Below, one piece after another: positions 13,576 to 23,973 of a stretch of 64,000 nt of DNA (the stretch's first letter is position 1; the number at the start of each line of letters is the position of its first letter). The stretch is from Candidatus Delongbacteria bacterium. GTDB taxonomy: Bacteria > CAIWAD01. Under the pieces are notes generated by a model, which was given only the letters and a program-made list of their open reading frames with translations, was not told the origin of the DNA and made no database searches. The stretch lies in NCBI GenBank assembly GCA_963663545.1, contig OY760505.1, forward strand, positions 1,920,001 through 1,984,000, in the 5' to 3' direction. The translations under genes were made by a program, and so were the position numbers.

Positions 13576-14660
13576 GCAGCGCACTCACGATATTCGCCGC
13601 GCAAGCACTCCAGCACCTGCAAGTTGCCTTCTCCCAATACGCCCAGATGTCGCACGCTGGTTGTCGTAATCAGCATCTGAATCGCAGGGTCCACCGCAAG
13701 CGGAATCAGCGAAATGCGCTCGTCGTCCAGCTCGCCGAAAAGGTCATCCAACAGAAGCAGCGGTAGCTCGCCCGTCTGCCGATGCAAAACGGCTGTTTCG
13801 GCCAGCGTTAGGCAGAGCATAAACAGCTTGTGTTGACCCTGGCTTCCAAAGGTGCGCAACAAACGTCCGTGCAGCAGAAAATCCAGATCGTCGCGGTGTG
13901 GCCCCAACAGGGCGGTCCCCATGCGGCGATCCATCTCACGGTTGTCCCTTAGGACGCTGCGCACTTCCTCCAGCGATTTATCTCGCATCTGCGACTTGTA
14001 ACGCAAGTCGGCTGCACCTTCCTGCGCAAATCTCACGCGGTGCATCTCGTAAAACAGCGGCGTGAACTCCTTAAGAAAGCTCTCGCGTTTGGCCACCAGC
14101 TCAACACCACAGGTAGCGAGCTCGCGTTCCCAGACATCCAGCTCGCTTGAGCTGCCGCCCGTTTGCAAGAGCGCCCCACGCTGCTTCAACGCTCGCCTGT
14201 AGCGCATCATCAGATCCAGACTACTGGGGCTGACAATGGCCATGATGCGATCCAGAAAGCGCCGGCGAAGATCAGGTCCACCTTGACTGACAGACATTTT
14301 CTCTGGTGTGAGCGCAACCACTGGAAACTGGCCGAAATACTCCGATTGCTTTCCTACTGCCAGACCATCGAGTTCAAAGATCATGCGGCCATTTTCTCCC
14401 CGGACACCCGCCTTGCGCAGACCGCGTATCTCAGTGGAAAACTCGCCGTCAATATGAAATGCGGCCTGCCCCTCGCGTGTAAGCTGTCGGGTTCGGCCTT
14501 TGCGGAAGCTGCGCGTCTCACACATAAGATGCACAGCTTCCAGCAGGTTGGTTTTTCCTTGTCCGTTCGGACCGGTTATCGCCGTGCGACCTTCGCGAAA
14601 CACCAACTCAGCCGAGGCGATGTTGCGAAAATTCCGCAGGGTGATGGTGGTCAGTTTCAC
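13572..14660 (-). CDS. recF: DNA replication/repair protein RecF
   Basis: NFRN, GPNGQGKTNLLEA, GPHRDDL, GSQGQ, LLLDDLFGELD. Confidence 0.96.
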
Positions 14661-15778
14661 GACCGCATCAAGCGCACCGGCATCAACAGCATCAGGAAGT
14701 CCTCTTCCTCGCCGTTGAGTTCCGGCAGAACCAGCGCAGCGCGATCGGAGCTGCCAAACTTGAAGACGACGTCGTCACTCTCAACGTGACGCAACATCTG
14801 ATCGATGTAGCTGGCGTTGAAAGCAATCTCCATGGCCTCGCCAGCGTAATCCACGTCCAGCTCGTTGCGCGCGCGGCTGCCATACTCATTGTCTTCAGCC
14901 GTGATGACCATGCTGTTCTCACTCAGGCTGAAGTTGATCTGGCGCGTAATGCTGTTGGCGCAATGGGCCACCTGCTTAATGGCACGGCTCAACGAAGAGC
15001 GCTTGCACTGCAGCAGATTCTCGTTTTGCGCGGGAATTACGCCCTCGTAGGCGGGATAACGTCCGTCGATCAGTCGGGTGAAAATGCGCACATCGCCAGC
15101 CTGGAAGACCAGATGACTTGTGGCCAGCCCCAGCTTGATTTCCTCATCGCTGTCCTGCAGCGCGCGGACCACCAGATTCAGCGCACGGCCCGGAATGACC
15201 AACGATCCCAGCTTCTCTTGTCCGGGCTGCGTAAAGTCCCGCAGACGCACCAGACGGTGTCCGTCGGTGGCAACCAGATTGAGACATTCGGCAGTGAACT
15301 CAAAGAGAATGCCCGTCAACACCGGACGCAGATCGTCACTTGACGTGGCAAAGAGTAGTCGCTCGATGTGATGGCGCAGGCGGCTGCCAGGAAAGCTTAG
15401 CTCGCTCTCGACAGCAATCTCCGGTAGCACCGGGAAATTCTCAGCGTTTTCGCCGGGAATGTGAAAGCTGCCCTGTCCGGACAAGATTTCCACGTGTCCA
15501 TGACGATCGAGCTGCAGCGTCAGCGGTAGATCGTCCAGTTCCTTGACGATGTCCACGAGCCGCTTGGCAGGAATGGCCAGATCGCCATCCTTTTCACCCT
15601 GTACCGTCATGACCGACGTGAGGGAGATTTCCAGATCGGTGGCACTCAAGGTGAGCTGATCGCCTTTGAGCTGGAAGAGGATGTTGTTGAGAATGGGATG
15701 AGTGGTCTTGCTCGGAACGACCGCGGACAGCTTCTGGATCTGAGCCAGGAAATCCTTCTGCGGAACGGTTAAACGCAT
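14657..15778 (-). CDS. dnaN: DNA polymerase III beta sliding clamp
   Basis: ATDLE, VATDGHRL, RLIDGRYPAYEGVIP, LLMPVR. Start MRLTV gives 373 aa. Confidence 0.96.
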   Translation of the reverse strand: MRLTVPQKDFLAQIQKLSAVVPSKTTHPILNNILFQLKGDQLTLSATDLEISLTSVMTVQGEKDGDLAIPAKRLVDIVKELDDLPLTLQLDRHGHVEILSGQGSFHIPGENAENFPVLPEIAVESELSFPGSRLRHHIERLLFATSSDDLRPVLTGILFEFTAECLNLVATDGHRLVRLRDFTQPGQEKLGSLVIPGRALNLVVRALQDSDEEIKLGLATSHLVFQAGDVRIFTRLIDGRYPAYEGVIPAQNENLLQCKRSSLSRAIKQVAHCANSITRQINFSLSENSMVITAEDNEYGSRARNELDVDYAGEAMEIAFNASYIDQMLRHVESDDVVFKFGSSDRAALVLPELNGEEEDFLMLLMPVRLMRS

Positions 15779-16066
15779 GGTGAGTTGCCCCGATTTTGAT
15801 GATCTGAAATCAACCTGCTCTCTCGTACTCATCGTCGTGCGGAGGATACGGAGGATAACTCGGACACGTCCCCACGAGAAGCCTTGCAAACAGTGGCCAA
15901 GACGCCTTTTCGACGAGGGTTTTGACCTGTTGAAAGATGGAGGAAAAGGTAGCGAAAAGGCCTAGGTTTATCAACCTCGCAGAAGGCTCTAGGCCGCTGC
16001 TGCAGTGGTTTTCAACACTCTTTCCTCTAGCCCTCACCTCTTCTCCTCAGCCCATCGACACAGGGC

Positions 16067-16075
16067 TGTGGATAA
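16067..16075 (-). promoter_or_regulatory. DnaA box in the dnaA-dnaN spacer
   Basis: TGTGGATAA (consensus TTATCCACA on the minus strand). Weaker boxes TTTTCAACA 16009-16017 and TGTTGAAAG 15928-15936. Confidence 0.75.
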
Positions 16076-16205
16076 GTTTTTTGACACTCGTTTGTGGCGA
16101 AGTCCAAAAGGCTCCGGTTTCGTCCGAAAATGACGACCATGTGATACAAAAACAAAAAGGAGAACACGCGAACATGCCCTCCTGTGCTACGTGAATGAGT
16201 TTGTA

Positions 16206-17576
16206 TCACGCCTTCAGTTGGATATCCCGCATCAGGTCCGTGACATCAGTCTGAAAGGTTGGATCTTTGGACATAGTGTCTTCTACCGTCTTCACCGCAT
16301 GAATCACCGTTGAATGGTCGCGACGGCCGAAGTGCAGCGCGATGCCTCGCAGGCTGTGTTTGGTCAGCTTGTGACACAAATACATAGAGACCTGGCGAAT
16401 CATGGCAATTTCTTTCTTGCGACTGCGATCCTTCAGTTCCTGAACAGGCACGTTATAGAAGCGTGCGCAAGCTTCAGCGATGGTTTCCATGGAAACCTGC
16501 ACGCGACGCATAGGAGCGACTTCTTTGATAACCACGCGGGCCAGATCAACATCAATATCCCGTCCCATCAAGGCGCTATGGGCGATCAGTTTATTCAACG
16601 CGCCTTCGAGATCGCGCACGTTGGTGCTGATGTGATTTGCGAGATAATCTATGACGAGGGGATCAAGCGTCGTGCGTCGCTCTTCGGCACGTTTGCTCAG
16701 AATGGCAACACGTGTTTCATAGTCGGGCAAGGTTACTTCGGTGACCAGCCCTGAAGCAAATCGACTGGTCAGACGCTCATCAAGATCTTGCAGATCTTTT
16801 GGGGGCCGGTCAGAGGAAAGGATGATTTGCTTTCCCGCCTGATAGAGCGTATTGAAAGTGTGAAAGAACTCGGCCAGTGTGCGCTCTTTTCCCTGGAAGA
16901 ACTGAATGTCATCCAGGATCAGCATATCCACATTGCGATACAGGTGCGCAAAGTCTGTAGTGCGCTGCGTCCGGATAGACTGAATGAAGTGGTTGATGAA
17001 CTGCTCGCTTGTCACGTAAAGAACGCGCTCAAGCTGGCCGGATTGGATGCAGTAATTGCCCACAGCCTGAATCAGGTGTGTTTTTCCAAAACCGCTACCG
17101 CCGTAAACAAAAAAAGGATTGAACGGCGTCGTCTGCGGCGACTCGGCAATGGAACGGGCGGCGGCCAAAGCAAAGCGGTTGCTCTCGCCTTCGATGTAAT
17201 TGTCGAAGCGGTAGCGCTGATTCAGATTGGTAGCATGAGTTGGCGTACTGGCGCTGGGGGTAACCAGCGCACTTGCAGCCAGTTTTGGTGGTTCTTCTTC
17301 CTTGGCCACTTCGGGCTTGATAATGTGAAGCTCAACGCCTTCGCCTACAGATTGTATGAGCGCTCGGCGAATCAGCTCACGGTGGGTATTCATCAGGTAA
17401 TCGGTGAACGCCTTGGCCGGAGCCATGGCTGTCAGTGTCCTGCCATCAAATTTGACCGGCGTGAACTTATGGAACCAGATCTTGTTCAGGCGCTTGTTTG
17501 GAGCAATCTCGTCAACGGCCTGCGTGAAGCGGTTCCAACATTCGGACACGGTAGGACTTTGAGCTACAGAATTCAT
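16206..17576 (-). CDS. dnaA: chromosomal replication initiator DnaA
   Basis: YRFDNYIEGESN, FNPFFVYGGSGFGKTHL, LILDDIQF, RLTSRF, RRDHSTVIHA. Confidence 0.98.
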   Translation of the reverse strand: MNSVAQSPTVSECWNRFTQAVDEIAPNKRLNKIWFHKFTPVKFDGRTLTAMAPAKAFTDYLMNTHRELIRRALIQSVGEGVELHIIKPEVAKEEEPPKLAASALVTPSASTPTHATNLNQRYRFDNYIEGESNRFALAAARSIAESPQTTPFNPFFVYGGSGFGKTHLIQAVGNYCIQSGQLERVLYVTSEQFINHFIQSIRTQRTTDFAHLYRNVDMLILDDIQFFQGKERTLAEFFHTFNTLYQAGKQIILSSDRPPKDLQDLDERLTSRFASGLVTEVTLPDYETRVAILSKRAEERRTTLDPLVIDYLANHISTNVRDLEGALNKLIAHSALMGRDIDVDLARVVIKEVAPMRRVQVSMETIAEACARFYNVPVQELKDRSRKKEIAMIRQVSMYLCHKLTKHSLRGIALHFGRRDHSTVIHAVKTVEDTMSKDPTFQTDVTDLMRDIQLKA

Positions 17577-17587
17577 GGAATCCGTCT

Positions 17588-17607
17588 TTATTCACAAGTT
17601 ATCCACA
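17588..17607 (+). promoter_or_regulatory. tandem DnaA boxes between the dnaA promoter and start codon (autoregulation)
   Basis: TTATTCACA 17588-17596 and TTATCCACA 17599-17607. Confidence 0.8.
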
Positions 17608-17637
17608 TTTTCGCCGCGTGGTTTCGCAACGGCCCTC

Positions 17638-17666
17638 AATATAGGTCTCGGCCTCTGTGCTGTCAA
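17638..17666 (-). promoter_or_regulatory. sigma70-type dnaA promoter
   Basis: Minus strand TTGACA-17 nt-TATATT, about 60 bp upstream of the dnaA ATG. Confidence 0.72.
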
Positions 17667-18125
17667 GGAAAACCTCCAGTGAGCAAAGGAGGAAACGCCG
17701 TTTTTCCGATATCTGTATACTTGTGCATTTTTAAGGGTATGTAATTTTGTGATTTAAAAGAGCTCCCATGGATTTTGTGACAGAAGAAGCATAACGGCAG
17801 ACTTTAGTATACAATAATGTGAATTCAGAAGGTAAGTGCTTCTCTTTCATGAAAGAGGCAATGTTAGTGGATATTTGTGCACAAATATTTAGTTCAATTT
17901 GATGTTTATCAAAATTTAGAATCCGATTCAGCAGGGGACTATGCCAGAATGGGGCAAAGGAGACCAGGTGTTGCAGGAAACGCAGTTTTCCTCTTGCTAT
18001 ACGGCCAATTCTTAGCCTGTATTGAATGTCTTGGAAGTTCAGAACCCTGGTTTGGTGTGTGCACAAGAATGTGTGATGGAAAGTGGACAGACTAAATTTT
18101 TGTTTTAGCAAAAGATGATCAGGGC

Positions 18126-18154
18126 TTGACCTAACCAATATGCTGTTTTATTTT
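18126..18154 (+). promoter_or_regulatory. possible sigma70 promoter for the HU gene
   Basis: TTGACC-17 nt-TATTTT. Confidence 0.4.
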
Positions 18155-18230
18155 GGCTTGCGTCTAAGTGCTGCAAAATTCGTGTTTTGAGCTTGGTGAT
18201 ACACGCCGGAGGTCAGAATTGAGATCAGGA

Positions 18231-18551
18231 ATGAAAACCTACATCAAGAAAGACATTGTGGAGCGCGTGATGGAACGAACCGGCTATAAACAGCCGGAAG
18301 TCGCTCGTACAGTGGATGCACTGTTCACAGAGCTTCGCGAGATCATGGCTGGTGCCATTCCGGAGTGCAGGATTGAGATCAGGGATTTTGGTGTGTTTGA
18401 GGTGAAGCGCACGAAAGCCAAACCGAAAGCACGGAATCCGAAAACCAACGAGATCGTGTATGTCCCCCCGCGGCGAAAAACACATTTCAAGCCTGGTAAG
18501 CTCTTGAAAGAGGCACTTCGTCAACCTTTGGGTGATGAAGACGAAGAATAG
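18231..18551 (+). CDS. HU/IHF-family nucleoid protein
   Basis: IEIRDFGVFEV..ARNPKTNEIVYVPPRRKTHFKPGK; AGGA upstream of the ATG. Confidence 0.93.
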   Translation: MKTYIKKDIVERVMERTGYKQPEVARTVDALFTELREIMAGAIPECRIEIRDFGVFEVKRTKAKPKARNPKTNEIVYVPPRRKTHFKPGKLLKEALRQPLGDEDEE

Positions 18552-18606
18552 CCACCACCAGCCAGCGTTGCCGGTTCCAGACGCACTTCTGGAACAGGAC
18601 GAGAAT

Positions 18607-18643
18607 CAAAAAGGGCGTTAAGCTTATGCTTGACGCCCTTTTG
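18607..18643. terminator. bidirectional intrinsic terminator
   Basis: AAAAAGGGCGTTAAGC-ttat-GCTTGACGCCCTTTT between converging HU and phosphatase genes. Confidence 0.8.
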
Positions 18644-18662
18644 GTTGTAGATCAACAGCATT

Positions 18663-20051
18663 TCAATGCGTAGGCCACAGGTCAAAAACTGTCTGTGGAA
18701 TGTCAATATTATCGATAAACGCACCATAGCGAGGGTCTTCACTCTTGATGTGCGTGCGCAATGCGGCTGCTTGAGCACCGCGCGCATAGCAGAAAACAAG
18801 ATGATTGCTGTGGCTTCCTGAGTGCCAACTATGCGGGGCAATCTGTCCCTGTGACGAACATGTGACGCGTGGCCAACTTCCATCTGTATCTTTGCCACTA
18901 AGGCCACCGCATTCATGATCCGCAGTGACGATCAGCAGTGTTTCTTCCCAGTTTGAGTTATGGTCTACCCAGTCGACGACGGCCTCAACCGCCCGATTGA
19001 AATCAACAACCTCTTCGATCAGCCTTCCAGCGGCGTTGGCGTGTGATGCCCAATCAATCGCACCGCCTTCAATCATCAGAAAGAAGCCATCGCGATCCTG
19101 GTTGAGCACATTCAGACCGGCAAGGCTCATGAGAGCCAGGTCAGGCACTGTGCTAGTCAACGGAACTTCAAATGCACCATCGTTTCTGGGATCACCTTCT
19201 TCGCTGGCATACATCGAGCCATCTTTCTTTGTACCACTGTGCGCGGTTCTGCGGCCTTCCTGCAGAGTTTCAGCGACTTCGGGGATTCCAACCAATCGTG
19301 TCGGAAGCGTTCCACCCCGCGCCAAGCGACGGAAGTCTTGCAAGGAGCTGATAAAAGTCCAGGGGTCCGGTACGCCATCAGCATTTGCATCGCTGGCAGC
19401 GGTTCCCGTCATCAGTGAGTTCCACTGCTCAAACCCGCCTACATAGTTGTAACTGCCTTCGTCAAGCGTTGCAGGATCCCTGAGTTCTCCATTTGCGTCG
19501 AATAAAGGATGGCCGCAACCAATGATCACATCCAAACCACCAGCAAACATCTCTTGGGCGATTTCTGCGTAGTGCTTGCGGCTTTTATTATGTGCGCCGA
19601 ATCCGGCAGGAGTTGCGTGTGACAGCGGTACGGTTGAGATTACTCCGCTGGCTTTGCCCAGGGCTTCTGCGCGCTCGCACAGATTTTCAACCGCTTGCGT
19701 ATCGGGACTCATACCCAGCATGCCGTTCCAGGTTTTTGTAGCACAGGCAAGCGCTGTAGCCGCAGCTGCTGAATCGGTGTATCGACTGAGTAAACTGTCA
19801 GGATGTTGATCCGCGAGTTGCGGATCGTATCCTTCACTCAGATTATGGCTGTACGTAGTGCATGCAAGCTTCACAGGAAAACGGTCGTAAATCTGGCTTC
19901 CCTGGGTTCCATACTGATAGCAACTGGTCAGTGCCAGGTCGTTGTAGCTGCAGCCGTCGGCGATCATCAAAATCACATTGCGTGGCGGCGATGCCACAAC
20001 ATGGGAGGTCAGCATCAGCAGCAGTCCACCTAGTAACGGCACTCGGGACAT
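18663..20051 (-). CDS. alkaline phosphatase (PhoA family), secreted
   Basis: Signal peptide; NVILMIADG, TDSAAAATALA, SHATPAGF, FFLMIEGGAIDWASH, VTADHECGG. Confidence 0.93.
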   Translation of the reverse strand: MSRVPLLGGLLLMLTSHVVASPPRNVILMIADGCSYNDLALTSCYQYGTQGSQIYDRFPVKLACTTYSHNLSEGYDPQLADQHPDSLLSRYTDSAAAATALACATKTWNGMLGMSPDTQAVENLCERAEALGKASGVISTVPLSHATPAGFGAHNKSRKHYAEIAQEMFAGGLDVIIGCGHPLFDANGELRDPATLDEGSYNYVGGFEQWNSLMTGTAASDANADGVPDPWTFISSLQDFRRLARGGTLPTRLVGIPEVAETLQEGRRTAHSGTKKDGSMYASEEGDPRNDGAFEVPLTSTVPDLALMSLAGLNVLNQDRDGFFLMIEGGAIDWASHANAAGRLIEEVVDFNRAVEAVVDWVDHNSNWEETLLIVTADHECGGLSGKDTDGSWPRVTCSSQGQIAPHSWHSGSHSNHLVFCYARGAQAAALRTHIKSEDPRYGAFIDNIDIPQTVFDLWPTH

Positions 20052-20069
20052 GCGTTCTCCTTTCGTGTA

Positions 20070-21344
20070 TCACATGCGGTACTGAACCGCAAGACGTACG
20101 GTCACTCTTGTATCACCCGTGGTGATCCGATAATAATCTTCGTCTTCCCAGGTCGGGTCAAGATAGGAGTACTCCATGTCCTCCCAGTTAACAGAAAGCT
20201 GCAGCGCCAGTACCTGGTCAAACAGATAGCCCGCCCCTAGTCCAAAGCCCCAATGCGGGCTTTCGCTCTCGTAGTTCCAGTAGGAATAGTAGGTGTCCTC
20301 ATCTGCGCGCTGTATCACGCTGTCGCTGAAAGGAAGTGTCCGGTACCAGATTCCTGTTCGCAGCATCAGATCTGTGTCGGGTATGGAGTATTCGCCGCCA
20401 CAGGCAATGAGATGAGTTCCTTGGTAGCCCTTCTCGATTGCCATATTGCTCAGCACTTGGGCCATTCCGGCCGGCAAATCTGTGTACTCGGCCGTTGCCC
20501 AGTCCTGCCAGGTCCAACTGGCGCCCACCTGCCAGAAGCGCTCACGCCAACTGATTCCCAGGCCAAGTTCCAGAGGCAGGCGTATGCCGTAATTGTTGCC
20601 ATAAAGACCAGGACTGTCTGGGCCTTCCACCAGCTTGCGCGACCACTCCACATCCAACTTGATTGGAGGTTGTATCACACCGCTGATACGCAGCGGCCCT
20701 CCCGGCGTGAAACAGCCTCCCAGCCGTACGCCAATTCCGCTCATCTCCAGTTTGTCCAGCTCGCGGATAAACAAACTGCGCTCTTCGTAGCGGCTGAAAA
20801 GGGACTCATACTCGTCTCTGTGATACATCAGTGTAAGTCCCGCATGAAAAGTGCGCGAGACCTGTCCGGCCAATGCTGCGTAATACACAGTGCTGGCACC
20901 AGTGTCGTCCAGCTCGTCCTGAAGGGTTGCGGCGCGTATACTTTCCTGCCGGTCGAAATCCCGCAATCGGGCATAACCAAACGCCCATACCAGGCTGCCG
21001 CGATAAACAGGAACAGGGTATGTGGCGCTTAGGTGATCCAATTTTACATAGGCTAAATCTGCATCTGTATCACGGCCATCCAGTTGATAGCGTGATGTGA
21101 TACGCGAACTGCCACGCAGAATAGAACCGCTGATTTCAGTTCGCCTCAGCCAGGAAAGATTGGCAGGATTCCACAGTGCGGCACTGCCATCGTCAACCAT
21201 AGCCAGCCCTACCTGACCCAATCCGGCTGCGCGAGCCCCAAGGGAGGAGGGATGGCGCGCATAGAGACTCAGGAGATCTTCCCCACTGGAGATCGAGGCA
21301 AACAGTAGGAGCCCGCCTGCGAAAAGCGTGTTACACAGCTTCAT
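20070..21344 (-). CDS. outer-membrane beta-barrel protein, FadL/OmpP1-like
   Basis: Signal peptide; GARAAGLG..A..DDGSAALWNPANL N-terminal motif; amphipathic strands; C-terminal YRM. Confidence 0.75.
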   Translation of the reverse strand: MKLCNTLFAGGLLLFASISSGEDLLSLYARHPSSLGARAAGLGQVGLAMVDDGSAALWNPANLSWLRRTEISGSILRGSSRITSRYQLDGRDTDADLAYVKLDHLSATYPVPVYRGSLVWAFGYARLRDFDRQESIRAATLQDELDDTGASTVYYAALAGQVSRTFHAGLTLMYHRDEYESLFSRYEERSLFIRELDKLEMSGIGVRLGGCFTPGGPLRISGVIQPPIKLDVEWSRKLVEGPDSPGLYGNNYGIRLPLELGLGISWRERFWQVGASWTWQDWATAEYTDLPAGMAQVLSNMAIEKGYQGTHLIACGGEYSIPDTDLMLRTGIWYRTLPFSDSVIQRADEDTYYSYWNYESESPHWGFGLGAGYLFDQVLALQLSVNWEDMEYSYLDPTWEDEDYYRITTGDTRVTVRLAVQYRM

Positions 21345-21886
21345 TTTTTGCTCCTGGATGACGACGGCGTATTCTGCTTCTTCTCATCCTCTTTTGGCGT
21401 TTCCGGTTGAGCTTTAGCTCTCGGCAATCTCACTGGACCCGTTTGTTTCTTGCTCGAATCAGCAACAGCCGGAACAACGGGAGTAACTCCACCCGTCTGC
21501 CCTTGAGTCGTTGGCAAATCCGTGATACGCTCGTAGATCACAGGGGAAGGTAGCTCCGGCTCTGTGGTTGTTTCGGGTACTGTTGTGCCGACAATGGTTG
21601 CCGTGCTACTGGAGGATGCACCTCCGTCACGCCACCACGCCGAAGACTGAAAAATCTGCCAGTTGTCCATGGCCTGCTGGTCCAACTGGTAGTGTACCCA
21701 CCACGTGTCGTACTCCGGTGCGCGCAAGGGCATGGTTTCGTGGCAGGACAAGCAATTTGAATTGCGTGAGGGGATTGTGGCTCGAAAGGCTTCATCGTGG
21801 GTTTCGGGGTGCTGTATCACGGTGTAGCACGAAAGCAGTGAGATGCCAAGGCCCAAAAGGAGCAAGGCCAATGAAACTCGTCGCAT
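21341..21886 (-). CDS. putative lipoprotein with a CxxCH motif and low-complexity C-terminus
   Basis: Lipobox LLSC; CLSCH; its stop overlaps the start of the FadL-like gene. Confidence 0.7.
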   Translation of the reverse strand: MRRVSLALLLLGLGISLLSCYTVIQHPETHDEAFRATIPSRNSNCLSCHETMPLRAPEYDTWWVHYQLDQQAMDNWQIFQSSAWWRDGGASSSSTATIVGTTVPETTTEPELPSPVIYERITDLPTTQGQTGGVTPVVPAVADSSKKQTGPVRLPRAKAQPETPKEDEKKQNTPSSSRSKK

Positions 21887-22023
21887 AAAGCCTCCCGGAA
21901 AAAGCGCCAGATCTGATCCATACTATGTAAGAAATGCGGTGCAAGAGAAGGGCTCCCACACCGCACAACTCAAGTTCTTCAGCTTTGACAGAAACACTCA
22001 CGCTCGCTGGCGGCAGCGTTAAC

Positions 22024-22818
22024 CTAGAACAGTTCCACGTACGTGATCTTGATCTCGCGGGCAATGTTGTCTACCGGGCGTCCTTCCAGATCGCGGCGAT
22101 TCTTTAGCACATCTTTGAAATCCAGCTCAATGGACAGGCGCTCGGCAAACGTCCAGCGTACACCCAGATTCAAAAATCCTTTGTCGCGGCTGAGTCCCGT
22201 GTCCACATCATCCAAACCGAAATTGTATTCCGTGAGCACAGAAAGTTCGTTGTTGACTTCCTTGTCCATGCCAACATAGAAGTTCATGCCGCGGTCATCG
22301 TCGTTTTCCATGCTGTTGAAATTGACACCCGTGTGGAGGCCCAGCATGCCGAAGTTGCCGAGGATGTAGTTCTTGCCAGCGACAACGAAAAAGCCCGGAC
22401 CCTTGTATTCGTAGCGATTCTCATTCTCGCCATCATTGTCCACATCGTCGTCGATCCAGCGGCCATGGCCCTGACTGTTGTAGCCAATGGCAAAGGCTGG
22501 CCAGAGGACGGACTCATCGATGACACGGTATTTCAGGCTTAACTCGGGGCGCTGATTCCACTCCGGCTTAACGTCGGAAACAATATTGGTGCCGCCGAAA
22601 CTGGCTCCCATGTTCAAGCGGTCCAGCAGGCCGACATCGAACCCTACTAGCACACCGCCATTGCTGTAAAGGACCATGTCGAAATCCCAGGTGCCGCGAT
22701 TCAAAATGCCGGCGGTGGGATTATCGATCAGGCGATTGATCGGCAAAGTTTTAATGTCCTGTGCCTGAGCGTTGAAGCCAATGGAAAGCAACAGGGCAAG
22801 TCCAAGGATTCTCTTCAT
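22024..22818 (-). CDS. outer-membrane beta-barrel protein (YjbH-domain-like)
   Basis: Signal peptide, LIDNPTAGIL motif, alternating beta strands, terminal F. Confidence 0.65.
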   Translation of the reverse strand: MKRILGLALLLSIGFNAQAQDIKTLPINRLIDNPTAGILNRGTWDFDMVLYSNGGVLVGFDVGLLDRLNMGASFGGTNIVSDVKPEWNQRPELSLKYRVIDESVLWPAFAIGYNSQGHGRWIDDDVDNDGENENRYEYKGPGFFVVAGKNYILGNFGMLGLHTGVNFNSMENDDDRGMNFYVGMDKEVNNELSVLTEYNFGLDDVDTGLSRDKGFLNLGVRWTFAERLSIELDFKDVLKNRRDLEGRPVDNIAREIKITYVELF

Positions 22819-22854
22819 GGCTGCTCCTTGAGTGCGATTACCAGGCTGACAAGG

Positions 22855-23973
22855 TCAGCGGCTGATCAGTTCAATGTTCGCGCGCGGCAACGTGATTTCC
22901 TCGCCGCTGTTGAGGCGTACTTTTAGCACACGTACGAGCGCGCCGCTCTCAACCTGCGTCAACTCGGGCGGTAGTGCGCTGACGACGCCATTCTGGCCAA
23001 ACCAGGGCTGGCGAATGATGCGGACTTCGCTGCCCACGCCTAGCTCGCCTGAAGCATGTGTTTCTTCAACCAGCTCCGTATCGGGCAGCGGAACGACGAT
23101 CTCCGGACGTATCACGCCTGCGCGAATCTGTGTTGCACCATTCACGGAGGCGTGCTTTCCGGCTAGGCGTCCCAGCAAATCCCAGGTGCGCTGTGTCATG
23201 GGAATGCTGCCGTAGCCCTCGGTGAGGATCAGCGTGATACCCAGATCTTCGTTGCCCGTGATGGCCACTCCCAGCTCGAAGCCCAGCAGGTCCTTCAGGT
23301 CGCCCTTGTCGAAACCACCGGCGATCACGGCGGAGACGCCCAGATCGCGCGCCTTGTAGAGCGCGGCCAGCGTGACACAAGATCCTGCAATGAGAATCTT
23401 GCCCCTGTGCTCCGGTCGAATCTCTGCCTCGTTCAAGACACGATCCGGGCCTTGTGATACAACTTCCAGCACGCCCCAGGCCTCGCCGCCCACGCCGAAG
23501 ATGCCCTGGATGTAGGCGCCCTGCGTGCGCACCGTGACACCTTCGCGTTCGTGCACCTCAATTACTTCGCCGTCCATGAAAGCGTTGACTTCCACCGGCA
23601 CTGGCGGGCGCTGCAGAATGACTTGGCCGGTGCGCAGCGAGATGCTCTCCACGGAACCGTCAATGGGACTGTTGCAATTGCTTTTAAACAAGCCGAAGAA
23701 GCTGCTGGTCTGGGCGATCAGTTCGCCCTTGCTGACCGTGTCGCCCTCCTTCTTGAACATGGCCTCCTCAAGCTCGGCGGGTTCAACTCCCAACACGTGG
23801 GCCACTTGCACAGGGTAGATGTCACCCGGCAGATCGGTTCGTGCTACAATGCTGTTGTGTGACACGGAATCGCCCATTGCCACGCCGACTTCGCCCAGAA
23901 GCGGGAGCCTGCGTTCCTTGACGATGACTGTGTTGTCCGCCACGCGTAGACCTGGAGTGAAGGATGTTGCCAT
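22855..23973 (-). CDS. conserved hypothetical protein (GlmL-like locus companion; lipoyl/biotinyl-hybrid-like and KOW-like segments)
   Basis: KKEGDTVSKGELIA..SPIDG hybrid motif; C-terminal GSEVRIIRQPWFGQNGVV..NIE; strong codon bias. Confidence 0.75.
   Translation of the reverse strand: MATSFTPGLRVADNTVIVKERRLPLLGEVGVAMGDSVSHNSIVARTDLPGDIYPVQVAHVLGVEPAELEEAMFKKEGDTVSKGELIAQTSSFFGLFKSNCNSPIDGSVESISLRTGQVILQRPPVPVEVNAFMDGEVIEVHEREGVTVRTQGAYIQGIFGVGGEAWGVLEVVSQGPDRVLNEAEIRPEHRGKILIAGSCVTLAALYKARDLGVSAVIAGGFDKGDLKDLLGFELGVAITGNEDLGITLILTEGYGSIPMTQRTWDLLGRLAGKHASVNGATQIRAGVIRPEIVVPLPDTELVEETHASGELGVGSEVRIIRQPWFGQNGVVSALPPELTQVESGALVRVLKVRLNSGEEITLPRANIELISR

Larger units (their letters stand above)
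17577..18230. other. candidate oriC (AT-rich intergenic region)
   Basis: About 650-bp markedly AT-rich non-coding region upstream of dnaA with DnaA boxes and many TGTG/AGTG-led box-like 9-mers (e.g. TGTGCACAA at 17876 and 18058). Confidence 0.65.

Noticed and set aside
17731..18138. 135-aa minus-strand ORF in the AT-rich region
   Set aside because: Atypical composition within the oriC candidate; not rpmH-like.
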